Below, piece by piece: positions 56,152-64,000 of a DNA stretch of 64,000 nucleotides. The stretch is from Ignavibacteria bacterium. GTDB taxonomy: Bacteria; Bacteroidota; Ignavibacteria; Kapaibacteriales; UBA2268. Each line of letters starts with the position of its first letter. Position 1 is the first letter of the stretch. The position numbers were made by a program, and so were the translations under genes. The notes below the pieces were generated by a model. That model saw only the letters and a program-made list of their open reading frames with translations. It ran no database searches and had not been told where the DNA came from. Where the stretch lies: NCBI GenBank assembly GCA_037445895.1, contig JBBIJO010000010.1, positions 13,597 to 77,596 on the forward strand, given 5' to 3'.

Positions 56152-57231
56152 TTAAACTTGTGGGTTAATTCGATTGCCGGTTTTGTCGAAAAAATGGAAC
56201 CGAACCGGTTGTAGCTTCAAAGGAATTGTCTCGCCATAAGAGAACTTTAAATTTTGTTCTTTGACAAGGATAGAATATAAATCCTTTCCACAGCGGCAAT
56301 AAAGAATAGTTTCATACCCGATGTATTCAATTGACTCTATTGCAAGTTTAAAATCGAAATCGGTTTCTGAACCAATCAAGATGTCTTCGGGACGAATTCC
56401 GACGAGAACTATTTCGGAATCTTGTGATTCAGGGAAAATTGTGGAACTAATTGAAAATAGTCCATTTTGCTCATTCAAACTGGTGCCACTGCGAACGCAT
56501 TGGAAAATATTCATCTGTGGTGTGCCAATGAAAGTAGCAACAAAAGTATTCGAAGGTCTATGGTAGATTTCGCTCGAAGAGCCAATTTGCTGAATTTTTC
56601 CCTCTTTCAAAACGACAATTTTTGTTCCCATCGTCAATGCTTCAACCTGGTCGTGGGTTACATATATAGCGGGAACGTTAATTTTTCGCACTATGTTGAC
56701 GATTTCGGTTCTCATCTCGACACGTAATTTTGCATCGAGGTTCGAAAGAGGCTCATCGAATAAAAAAACGCTTGGGATACGAATGATAGCTCGGCCAAGG
56801 GCAACTCTTTGGCGTTCACCTCCGGAAAGTTCTTTTGGCTTTTTGTTTAAAAGATGGTCAATATGCAGAGTTTTTGCAACTTCCTCGACTCGATGTTCCG
56901 TTGTTCTCTTGTTCACTTTGTTAATTTGCAAAGGGAAGGCAAGATTATCGAATACTGATAGATGAGGATAAAGTGCATAATTTTGAAAGACCATACCTAT
57001 ATTTCTTTTTCCTGCACGAACATTGTTCATTAGTTTTCCATCGAGGTAAATATTTCCCGCTGTGGGAGTTTCGAGCCCCGAAATCATTCGTAGTATTGTG
57101 GTTTTCCCACAACCAGAAGGACCGACAAGAACAAGCAATTCGTTGGTGCCAACATCGAAAGAAATATCTTCTAATATATATTGGTTTTGTTCAAAACTTT
57201 TGTATATTTTTTCGAGAACGAGTTTTGCCAT
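56152..57231 (-). CDS. ABC transporter ATP-binding protein, sugar-importer (MalK/UgpC/MsmX) type
   Basis: 359 aa. Walker A GPSGCGKTT, signature LSGGERQRVALGRA, Walker B LFDEPLSNLD, and a C-terminal TOBE-like domain. No permease or binding-protein gene is adjacent. Confidence 0.88.
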   Translation of the reverse strand: MAKLVLEKIYKSFEQNQYILEDISFDVGTNELLVLVGPSGCGKTTILRMISGLETPTAGNIYLDGKLMNNVRAGKRNIGMVFQNYALYPHLSVFDNLAFPLQINKVNKRTTEHRVEEVAKTLHIDHLLNKKPKELSGGERQRVALGRAIIRIPSVFLFDEPLSNLDAKLRVEMRTEIVNIVRKINVPAIYVTHDQVEALTMGTKIVVLKEGKIQQIGSSSEIYHRPSNTFVATFIGTPQMNIFQCVRSGTSLNEQNGLFSISSTIFPESQDSEIVLVGIRPEDILIGSETDFDFKLAIESIEYIGYETILYCRCGKDLYSILVKEQNLKFSYGETIPLKLQPVRFHFFDKTGNRINPQV

Positions 57232-57251
57232 TGTGTTCGATATTTAAAAAA

Positions 57252-57259
57252 CAAAATTA
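57252..57259 (-). promoter_or_regulatory. putative -7 box TAATTTTG upstream of the ABC ATPase gene
   Basis: The plus strand reads caaaatta. It lies 20 nt upstream of the ATG at 57231. Confidence 0.4.
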
Positions 57260-57343
57260 AAAATTATGTAGAAAAGTCGAAGGGAAATAATGCAAGCTTT
57301 AAGAGTCGATAAAAAGGATTGAGAAGACAAAAATTTAGCACCG

Positions 57344-58747
57344 CTAGTGATTTAATTTTTTTAGCCAAGAGCAAAGAAATTCTAAAAACCCTTCGGTAAA
57401 TTTTCGCGGTAAAATCCCATATTCGCTTATTGCCCCGGTTTTTGACTTTTGAAAAAGATGGTTTGCATCGGGAAAAACTTCGACAGTGAATTGTCTGTTC
57501 TTTGCGATAGGTTCAAGACGATTCAGCATTATTTTCGAGGGGACTTGCTGGTCGTTTCCGCCAAACACAAAAAGAATCGGACAGCGAGTTTTTTCGATAT
57601 AATCGAGTGGGTCAATTTCGATGAATTGCCGAAACCAATTACTTCGCAAATTTTCCAGTTGCATTTCGATATTGCGCTCAATAAGTTTATCGGTAACTTG
57701 TGCTTTCATTTCTTCTGGATATAATTCCATTTGTGTTTTTGCTTGTTTCATCATTATTTTGCGAGCAATATCGAGATTCTTATTTTCACGAATTATGCTA
57801 TAAATTAAATACTGGTCCGAAAGAGTCTCTTCGATTATCGAATCGGGAATGTTTTCGTTTTTCATTAGTATTTGAATTTGTTCGGCAATGAGAGTATCGC
57901 CGCGTATTATTGGTCCTGCTAAACTAACAATAAAAGCAAAATCGGAAGATTCTGCTCCAGCGATAAACGCAGCTAAAGCCCCTTCGCTATGGCCAATTAT
58001 ACCGATTCTGGAAGTATCGACATCTTTCCGTGTTTTTAAAAAGTTTTTGATTGATAAAATATCCGAAGCGAAGTCGAAAGTAGTCGAGCCTCCTTCGGGT
58101 TTTTCTGTTGAACCTCCGACGCCTCGGTCGTCGGTGCGAATTGTTGCAAACCCACATCGGACTAATTCATCGGAGATTTTTTTGAAAATTTCGAATCCAA
58201 AAACTTCTTCGTTGCGATTTTGTGGTCCGCTTCCTGTAACAAAAATTATAGTTGGGTATGCTTTCTTTTCGGGCGGCCGAGCAAAAGTTCCTGCAAGTTG
58301 TATTTCCCCATTGCGAACAACAATTTCTTCCTCGTAAAATTTGGAAGTTGAATCTTTTTGCTCGACTTCTTCTACTATGTATTTTTCGAGTTCGAAGCCA
58401 CCAACAATGCCCATTTGTCGGAATTCACCAATAATTTTAGCCGAGTCGGTGTCTCGATATTTCAATTTTCCACTAAATTTTGCAGTATTCATAACATTCA
58501 CTATTAAGTCGAAATAGCAGCTATCCTTTTCGACTCTTATGTTCGAAAGGTCAAGGTTGAAAGCGTTCTGCTGTGGAATATCTATTCGACCAAATATTTT
58601 ATTGTTAGTATCCAAATCGAAACAAGATTTAATTGCAATTTGCTTATTCAAAACAGTAATCTTTCCAACCCAACAGCCAAGTAAGTTCAAATCCGAAGAA
58701 TAGGAAGTAAGGTGGACGACAAAGAACAAAATAGCAATAAATTTCAT
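57344..58747 (-). CDS. secreted alpha/beta-fold hydrolase
   Basis: 467 aa. It has a signal peptide, a nucleophile elbow GHSEGA (GxSxG), and IIFVTGSGPQNRNEE upstream of it. Confidence 0.65.
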   Translation of the reverse strand: MKFIAILFFVVHLTSYSSDLNLLGCWVGKITVLNKQIAIKSCFDLDTNNKIFGRIDIPQQNAFNLDLSNIRVEKDSCYFDLIVNVMNTAKFSGKLKYRDTDSAKIIGEFRQMGIVGGFELEKYIVEEVEQKDSTSKFYEEEIVVRNGEIQLAGTFARPPEKKAYPTIIFVTGSGPQNRNEEVFGFEIFKKISDELVRCGFATIRTDDRGVGGSTEKPEGGSTTFDFASDILSIKNFLKTRKDVDTSRIGIIGHSEGALAAFIAGAESSDFAFIVSLAGPIIRGDTLIAEQIQILMKNENIPDSIIEETLSDQYLIYSIIRENKNLDIARKIMMKQAKTQMELYPEEMKAQVTDKLIERNIEMQLENLRSNWFRQFIEIDPLDYIEKTRCPILFVFGGNDQQVPSKIMLNRLEPIAKNRQFTVEVFPDANHLFQKSKTGAISEYGILPRKFTEGFLEFLCSWLKKLNH

Positions 58748-58763
58748 AAAATCCTCGGTAAAC

Positions 58764-58771
58764 CAAAAGTA
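58764..58771 (-). promoter_or_regulatory. putative -7 box TACTTTTG upstream of the hydrolase gene
   Basis: The plus strand reads caaaagta. It lies 16 nt upstream of the ATG at 58747. Confidence 0.35.
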
Positions 58772-58870
58772 AAATTAACAATAAATCAAAAACATTTTGA
58801 ATAATCATCTTTTCGAGATTATTATGGTTCCATTCCCAAATGCTTTACGTGGTGGATTTTCTTAGATTGA

Positions 58871-60445
58871 TTACGTATTATCGCCGATAGAGAATTCGAT
58901 AGAGATTCCAAGGGTTTCTTCGAGTAAGGGTTTGCGGCGTTCTGCACCCCATACTTCGACATCGGGCAACGTATTATAATCGCAAGGAATTAGTTTAATC
59001 TTAATTGAATGATTATTTTTTTGAATTTCTATGTTTTTTACAATCTGCATTTGCCTACGATCGATACCTTCGGCAATTCGCAGTATTCCAGCAAGTTTAC
59101 GAATAATGTCTTGTTTTTCCGGACTAAGTCGGGAAAAATTTTCGTGCTTTTTCTTTGGATGACTTTTTCGGTGGTAACGAGCAATATTGGCAATAATTTC
59201 GGCTTCGTCGTTCGTAAAACCAGGCATAACACAGTGACTAATAATATAATAACTGTGTTTATGGTGCTGATCTACCGAAATGTGGTAACCAACGTCGTGA
59301 AGAATTGCTGCTGTTTCGAGCCATTCACGTTCTCGAATTCCGAGTTTGTGGTATTGACAGAGCTCATCGAACAATTTCAAAGAAATTTCCTTTACGTGAA
59401 AACTATGCTTCATATTCACGCCATATTGTTGTGCAATAGAACGAATAGTCGACTCGCGTAAATGTCCAAGGTGTTTTAGCTTTTCTATTTCGTTCTGTTT
59501 CTCTAAAGCGTCGAACACTATTCCTTCGCGCAGACCGTAAGTCGAGATAATAAGTTTATCTATTTTCGCGTTTTCTAAAACAAACTCTAAGATTAAGGCT
59601 CCTCCAACAATAATATCGGTTCGCTGTGGGTCGAGCCCCGGAATTTGCTCTCGTTCTCTTATATCTTTCGCATTAAGTATTTTTTTAATCGCTTTTAAAA
59701 GCTTTTTCTTTTCGAGGATTGTTCCATTAAGTATATCGGGAACTGGTTCCTTATTTAATAAAAGCGCAATAATCGAGATATTCAAGATAGTCCCAGCGGT
59801 TCCAACAAGCACGTCGTAGCCTATTGTATTTAGTTTTTCGAAAATCGGAGCCCACACTCCTTTCAAGAAGGTTCTGCATTGTTCTATCTTATTTGTATCG
59901 ATATTATTTTCGAGTTTGAATCGTTTTGTTAAACGAATTGCACCGACTTTTTCACTATGAACATATTCAATTTCGCCACGATTCCCAATAATCGTTTCTG
60001 TGCTTCCGCCGCCAATATCGATAACCAAAGCCTTTCTGTTTACAATTGGGAGAGCGTGGAGAGTGCCAAGATAAATTAGGCGTCCTTCCTCGATTCCGGA
60101 AACTACTTCGATTTCGATTCCGGTTTCTTCGTAAACCTTTTGAATAAATTTATCCTTGTTTATTGCTTCTCGAACGGCACTCGTAGCAACTGCACGAACG
60201 AAGGAATGCTTGCTCTTAGCCAACTCGTTGAAGCGTTGCATCGTTCGAACACCACGTTCAATTGCGTCTGGTGTTAAGTATTTCATATCGCCACCGCTTG
60301 AACCGAGCCGAACTACTTCCTTTTCGCGCAGGATTGTTTGTAGCGTCCCCCGAGAATCCACACTTGCAATTATCAAATGGATAGAATTAGTTCCGATATC
60401 GATTGCAGCAAATGGTCGAGCACGTATATTCCATGAATTATTCAT
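58871..60445 (-). CDS. ppx: exopolyphosphatase / guanosine pentaphosphate phosphohydrolase (Ppx/GppA) with HD domain
   Basis: 524 aa. AAIDIGTNSIHLII, DIGGGSTE, and a C-terminal HD region (ILHDVGYHIS..HHKHS). Confidence 0.88.
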   Translation of the reverse strand: MNNSWNIRARPFAAIDIGTNSIHLIIASVDSRGTLQTILREKEVVRLGSSGGDMKYLTPDAIERGVRTMQRFNELAKSKHSFVRAVATSAVREAINKDKFIQKVYEETGIEIEVVSGIEEGRLIYLGTLHALPIVNRKALVIDIGGGSTETIIGNRGEIEYVHSEKVGAIRLTKRFKLENNIDTNKIEQCRTFLKGVWAPIFEKLNTIGYDVLVGTAGTILNISIIALLLNKEPVPDILNGTILEKKKLLKAIKKILNAKDIREREQIPGLDPQRTDIIVGGALILEFVLENAKIDKLIISTYGLREGIVFDALEKQNEIEKLKHLGHLRESTIRSIAQQYGVNMKHSFHVKEISLKLFDELCQYHKLGIREREWLETAAILHDVGYHISVDQHHKHSYYIISHCVMPGFTNDEAEIIANIARYHRKSHPKKKHENFSRLSPEKQDIIRKLAGILRIAEGIDRRQMQIVKNIEIQKNNHSIKIKLIPCDYNTLPDVEVWGAERRKPLLEETLGISIEFSIGDNT

Positions 60446-60668
60446 TTTCTTCGTTGTTAGTTTGCTTTTTTTTACCAGCTTCGCCTTTTAAAATAACAAC
60501 ATCGTCCTTTTTATAAAGGACTTTCCTACTTTCGTTGGTCTTATTTTGTGTGTTGTGCAAAACAGAATTATATTTAGAAAAGACTTGTAGCACTTTGGTT
60601 AATATGTAGCTGATTAATCCAAATACTATTAAGGCAATAATTAAGATTATCAAAATATAACGTAGCAT
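60438..60668 (-). CDS. small membrane protein (DUF4834-like, from recall)
   Basis: 76 aa. It has one N-terminal TM helix and a Lys-rich tail with VVILKGEAG. The overlaps (TAATG with the upstream gene, 8 nt with ppx) suggest translational coupling. Confidence 0.5.
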   Translation of the reverse strand: MLRYILIILIIALIVFGLISYILTKVLQVFSKYNSVLHNTQNKTNESRKVLYKKDDVVILKGEAGKKKQTNNEENE

Positions 60669-61426
60669 TATCCAGCCAGCATATCTATAAAAACTTGTTT
60701 TGCGTCGTTGAACGAAATTTCGCTTCCCAGAATTTCTCCTAGCGAAATACTATGGTTAACAATATATTTTTGCAAATGTTTCTTTACTTCTTCCGATGGG
60801 AAATTCGTTAGTTCAGGAAGCAGTTCGTAACCCCGACCTAGAAGAATTGAACCGTGTTGGAGAAGAGTATTGCCCACGATACGCTGTGCGCTCCCGACAA
60901 TTTTTTTCCCTTCCCATTCTATTTCGTAACGTGCTGAACTTGCAAAGCAGGAGACTGATGCAATTTCTTTCTTGTAGTAGTCGCGGAAGTTAGGTTGAGA
61001 TTTTTCGAAAGTTAATTTATAGGCTCCAAGCCGAGTCAGCCCTCGAACAATGAAAAGATGTATTTCTCGATAGATGTCCTTGGGGGTGAGCTTCCCGTTC
61101 ACATTGATAACTATTGAATAGGTTAGTTCGTTTGCATGCAGAACTGCACGGCCTCCGGTAGGACGTCGGACAATGTCAACCCCGAATTCTTGCAATTTGT
61201 TTGGGTCAAAATCTTCTAATTTTTGGTTAGCCCCCAAGGAAATTGCCCAAGGCTTCCAACCATATAGCCGTAGCATAGGAAGGGCGCATTTCTCCTCGAC
61301 TTGCATAGCCCTTTCGTAATCAATTTTCATATTCCAGAAGGCAGGGAGTAGCCCATCATCCACAAGTTCAAAGTCGCCTTCGAAAAGTTCGCTAATTTTT
61401 TTACCATCAAATATCATTTTAATCAA
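60668..61426 (-). CDS. lipoate-protein ligase / octanoyltransferase family protein (BPL_LplA_LipB domain)
   Basis: 252 aa. RRPTGGRAVLHANELTYS and GKKIVGSAQR motifs. Confidence 0.75.
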   Translation of the reverse strand: MIKMIFDGKKISELFEGDFELVDDGLLPAFWNMKIDYERAMQVEEKCALPMLRLYGWKPWAISLGANQKLEDFDPNKLQEFGVDIVRRPTGGRAVLHANELTYSIVINVNGKLTPKDIYREIHLFIVRGLTRLGAYKLTFEKSQPNFRDYYKKEIASVSCFASSARYEIEWEGKKIVGSAQRIVGNTLLQHGSILLGRGYELLPELTNFPSEEVKKHLQKYIVNHSISLGEILGSEISFNDAKQVFIDMLAG

Positions 61427-61595
61427 TCTTCTAAAAGGAGTTCGACGAATTATTAAAGCAATTCATTTAAGAGCAGTGAAGCGAGCTTAGATTTGCGGTT
61501 CATCCCATAATTCGGTGTAATCCCAAGTTTACTTTATTAAATTTTTTGTTATCTAAAATGTTTTTGGGGAAAAAATATTCAAAAGATTCAGAAGG

Positions 61596-62381
61596 TCAAC
61601 GGTAAACGCCTCTTTGGGAATTACGAATAAAATCGATGCAGTGTTGAATTTCTTGCGGGAAAGTTCTACCTTCTTTTAGTTTCATATATTTTGTTATTCC
61701 ATCGGTATTGTTTAGTCCGGAATGGAAAACAATTCGATAGAACTCCGTAATTTCTTCTATAAGCTCATTTTGAAATCCGCGGCGACGCAAACCTATTTTG
61801 TTTATTCCATCGACCTTAGGTGGGTTTTCGCCAACAAGAGTATAAGGAGGAACGTCTTTGGTTACCTTCACATCGCCTCCAATCATTGCGTGGCAACCAA
61901 TCTTACAGAATTGATGAATCTTAACTACACCACCAATTACTGCCCAATCTTCTACTGCAACGTGTCCTCCGAGTTGGGTAGCATTAGCAAATACAATGTT
62001 GCTCCCAATTCGGCAGTCGTGTGCTATATGTGTATAAGCCATCAAAAGGTTGTCTGAACCAATGATTGTTGTTCCGGTAGATTGAGTTCCTCTGTGGATA
62101 GTAACATACTCGCGAATTTCATTATTATTGCCTATAATTACCTTCGTAGGTGAATTATTGAATTTCAAATCCTGAGGTTTAGTAGCAATTACAACACCAG
62201 GATAAATGGTGCAATTTTTTCCAATTACAGCTCCATTTGCAATATAGACACTTGAAAATATCTTTGTTCCGTCGCCAATTATAACGTCGTCTTCGATAAT
62301 TGTAAATGGACCAATTTGAACATCTGTTCCGATTTGAGCCTTCGGAGATACAATCGCCGTTGGATGTTGTTGGAAACCCAT
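61596..62381 (-). CDS. lpxA: acyl-ACP--UDP-N-acetylglucosamine O-acyltransferase
   Basis: From MGFQQHPTAIVSPKAQIGTDVQIGPFTII. It has hexapeptide repeats and a helical C-terminal domain. It lies directly downstream of lpxC-fabZ. The ORF track extension to 62444 overlaps the upstream gene. Confidence 0.88.
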   Translation of the reverse strand: MGFQQHPTAIVSPKAQIGTDVQIGPFTIIEDDVIIGDGTKIFSSVYIANGAVIGKNCTIYPGVVIATKPQDLKFNNSPTKVIIGNNNEIREYVTIHRGTQSTGTTIIGSDNLLMAYTHIAHDCRIGSNIVFANATQLGGHVAVEDWAVIGGVVKIHQFCKIGCHAMIGGDVKVTKDVPPYTLVGENPPKVDGINKIGLRRRGFQNELIEEITEFYRIVFHSGLNNTDGITKYMKLKEGRTFPQEIQHCIDFIRNSQRGVYR

Positions 62382-62391
62382 ATAAATCCTT

Positions 62392-63798
62392 TTAAATTTC
62401 AACATTTCTATCGACCAAGGCAGCTTGGAGTTCTGCTTCGGCAACTATTTGACCATTAACAGTAGCAATACCGTGGAAACGGTAAGTATTGAATTTTTTC
62501 CCTATAAGTTGAACCTGCATTATTAATTGGTCTCCCGGAACTACTGGTTTGCGGAACTTTGCTTTATCGATACCCATAAATAGTAGCAAACTATTTGCTG
62601 TGTCGACAGAATTCAATAGCATAAGCCCACCGGTTTGTGCGATTGCTTCGACGAGCAAAACCCCGGGCATAACAGGTTTTTCGGGAAAATGTCCAACGAA
62701 AAAAGGTTCGTTGATTGTTACATTTTTAACTCCAATAATGGTATTGTTTTCAGTATCCATACTCAATATTTTGTCGATTAATAAGAATGGATAGCGATGT
62801 GGCATAATTTTGAGGAGATTGAAAATGTCAATCAGCGCATCTTTGTTCTTTTTTGCTTGCAGTTTCAAGAAAGGAAGCTTCTTAAGATACAAGTTCCGAA
62901 CCTTCTTTGCGAATTCTATGTTGCTTGCATGTCCTGGGCGTGCAGCAAGCACCTGTGCTTTAATAGGGACACCAATTAGTGCAAGATCTCCTAACATATC
63001 GAGTAACTTATGTCGTGCAGGTTCGTTTTTGAACCGCAGAGGAGTCCCGTTGAGTATTCCATTCGAAGCGAATTGGGGCATATATTTAAGGTTGAAGAGT
63101 TGTTGGAGGTATTTCAATTCGCTTTCGTCCAATTCTTTATCGATGATGACAATTGCATTGTCTAAGCTACCGCCTTTGATTAAGCCTTGCTTCGATAAAT
63201 CCTCGACTTCGGTTAAAAAGCAAAAAGTCCGTGCCGGCGCAAATTCGGTGTAGAATTCCTTCTCGAGATTAAATACCCCCGTGTGCTGGCTGCCAAGAGC
63301 AGGAATATTATAGTCTATCATTACTGTAATTCTGTAATCATCGGTAGGGAGAGCAACGATATCAACGCCTTTATCTTCGTTTGTGTATCGGATAGTTTCG
63401 TCGATTACGAAGTATTCTCGCTCGGCTTCCTGCTCGATGATTCCAGCCTCGAGTATTTTTTCTGCATAAGTGAGTGAACTTCCGTCAATCACTGGTGGCT
63501 CTTTGCCATATAATTCAATCCTACAATTGTCAACTCGAAGACCGACAAGCGCTGCTAACACGTGTTCAACAGTCAATACACGAACATCATCTATTCCAAG
63601 GGTAGTGCCGCGCGATAGGTCAACTACATAATCTACAAGGGCTGGTATTTCGACAGGCTCCGGTAGATCCGAGCGGACAAATTTATATCCATAGTTCTCT
63701 GGCGCAGGATGAAATTTGATAGTAGTTTCTTCCCCGGAATGAATCCCAATGCCTGTTAAACTAATGGATTTTTTTATTGTTCGTTGTTTTTCGGGCAT
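62392..63798 (-). CDS. bifunctional UDP-3-O-acyl-GlcNAc deacetylase / 3-hydroxyacyl-ACP dehydratase (LpxC-FabZ fusion)
   Basis: 468 aa. LpxC N-terminal half (QRTIKKSISLTGIGIHSGE, HASNIEF). FabZ C-terminal half (HRYPFLLIDKI, NEPFFVGHFPEKPVMPGVLLVEAIAQ). Confidence 0.92.
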   Translation of the reverse strand: MPEKQRTIKKSISLTGIGIHSGEETTIKFHPAPENYGYKFVRSDLPEPVEIPALVDYVVDLSRGTTLGIDDVRVLTVEHVLAALVGLRVDNCRIELYGKEPPVIDGSSLTYAEKILEAGIIEQEAEREYFVIDETIRYTNEDKGVDIVALPTDDYRITVMIDYNIPALGSQHTGVFNLEKEFYTEFAPARTFCFLTEVEDLSKQGLIKGGSLDNAIVIIDKELDESELKYLQQLFNLKYMPQFASNGILNGTPLRFKNEPARHKLLDMLGDLALIGVPIKAQVLAARPGHASNIEFAKKVRNLYLKKLPFLKLQAKKNKDALIDIFNLLKIMPHRYPFLLIDKILSMDTENNTIIGVKNVTINEPFFVGHFPEKPVMPGVLLVEAIAQTGGLMLLNSVDTANSLLLFMGIDKAKFRKPVVPGDQLIMQVQLIGKKFNTYRFHGIATVNGQIVAEAELQAALVDRNVEI

Positions 63799-63830
63799 AG
63801 TTACCTAAAACTTTAAAAAATTAAAGAAAA

Positions 63831-63838
63831 CAAAATTA
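63831..63838 (-). promoter_or_regulatory. putative -7 box TAATTTTG upstream of lpxC-fabZ
   Basis: The plus strand reads caaaatta. It lies 32 nt upstream of the ATG at 63798. Confidence 0.4.
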
Positions 63839-64000
63839 ATAAAATTCTTTCGAAAAACTTGTATTAAAGTAGGACTACATTAGCAGCTTGGATGGATGGG
63901 AGGAAGCCGGACCCCATAATATTTGCTTCGATGCTAAGGGACTTACATCGGGGTGCTACTATTATCGACTTTCTACTGGTCTATCTGCCGAAACTAAGAT

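Noticed and set aside
63860-64000. A structured-looking segment at the window edge containing GGGAGGAAGCCGGACCCCATAA. It resembles the RNase P RNA P4 region (GAGGAAAGUCCGGGCUCCAUAG) and, loosely, SRP RNA GGAAGCAGCC. Alternatively it holds the last 12 codons of a minus-strand ORF ending at 63962.
   Set aside because: It lacks the universally conserved AGUCC with the bulged U of P4, and lacks other RNase P or SRP hallmarks in the visible part. The sequence is truncated by the window end, so neither an RNA gene nor a CDS can be supported.
1-64000. A search by eye for CRISPR arrays, IS elements or transposases, integrases, toxin-antitoxin pairs, restriction-modification or other defence genes, and tRNA or rRNA genes.
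   Set aside because: None was found. All long ORFs are accounted for by housekeeping, envelope, transport or flagellar functions or by isolated hypothetical genes. No spaced direct-repeat arrays or terminal inverted repeats were seen.

Overview
This 64-kb window is a low-GC, densely coding chromosomal segment. I saw no tRNA or rRNA genes, CRISPR arrays, transposases, integrases or phage genes.

Likely host (inference): a flagellated, diderm member of the Fibrobacteres-Chlorobi-Bacteroidetes (FCB) group, Ignavibacteria-like. The evidence is a fused LpxC-FabZ gene next to lpxA, recurrent Bacteroidetes-type TAnnTTTG -7 boxes, strong Shine-Dalgarno (SD) sites, and L/P-ring genes.

Two flagellar loci dominate:
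- Plus strand, 13.6-25.3 kb: flgB-flgC-orf-fliE-fliF-fliG-fliH-fliI-fliJ-ylxF-like-fliK-flgD-TIGR02530-like-flgE, closed by a strong hairpin terminator.
- Minus strand, 48.7-39.5 kb: small orf-flgF-flgG-flgA-flgH-flgI-flgJ-flgN-orf-flgK-flgL-motA.
- A monocistronic flagellin gene lies at 28.15-29.09 kb.

The rest is housekeeping:
- Central and cofactor metabolism: accA, trpS, thyX, hemL, ribD, pyk, anmK, ppx, pth, yggS-type protein, lipoate ligase-type protein.
- Carboxylase and dehydrogenase parts: a 2-oxoacid dehydrogenase E2 subunit, and biotin carboxylase with a separate biotin carboxyl carrier protein (BCCP).
- Envelope and glycan: two GT2 glycosyltransferases, secG, LptF/G-type permease, lpxA, lpxC-fabZ.
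- Transport and signalling: phosphotransferase system (PTS) genes ptsI and ptsH, a TonB-dependent receptor, two cation antiporters, an orphan sugar-type ABC ATPase.

I found no defence island or obviously new multi-gene system. The points most worth follow-up are:
- A two-grammar promoter layout. Sigma-54 type -24/-12 elements precede all three flagellar units, and TAnnTTTG boxes precede ten non-flagellar units.
- Unassigned small ORFs embedded in conserved flagellar gene strings (flgC|fliE, flgN|flgK, and ahead of flgF).
- FlgJ carrying a lytic transglycosylase domain.
- motA without an adjacent motB.
- A GT2 enzyme fused to an apparently gutted phosphoglycosyltransferase scaffold.
- A 152-bp perfectly duplicated lipoyl-domain segment in the E2 gene.

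All functional calls rest on motifs read from the supplied translations and on gene order. No database search was run.
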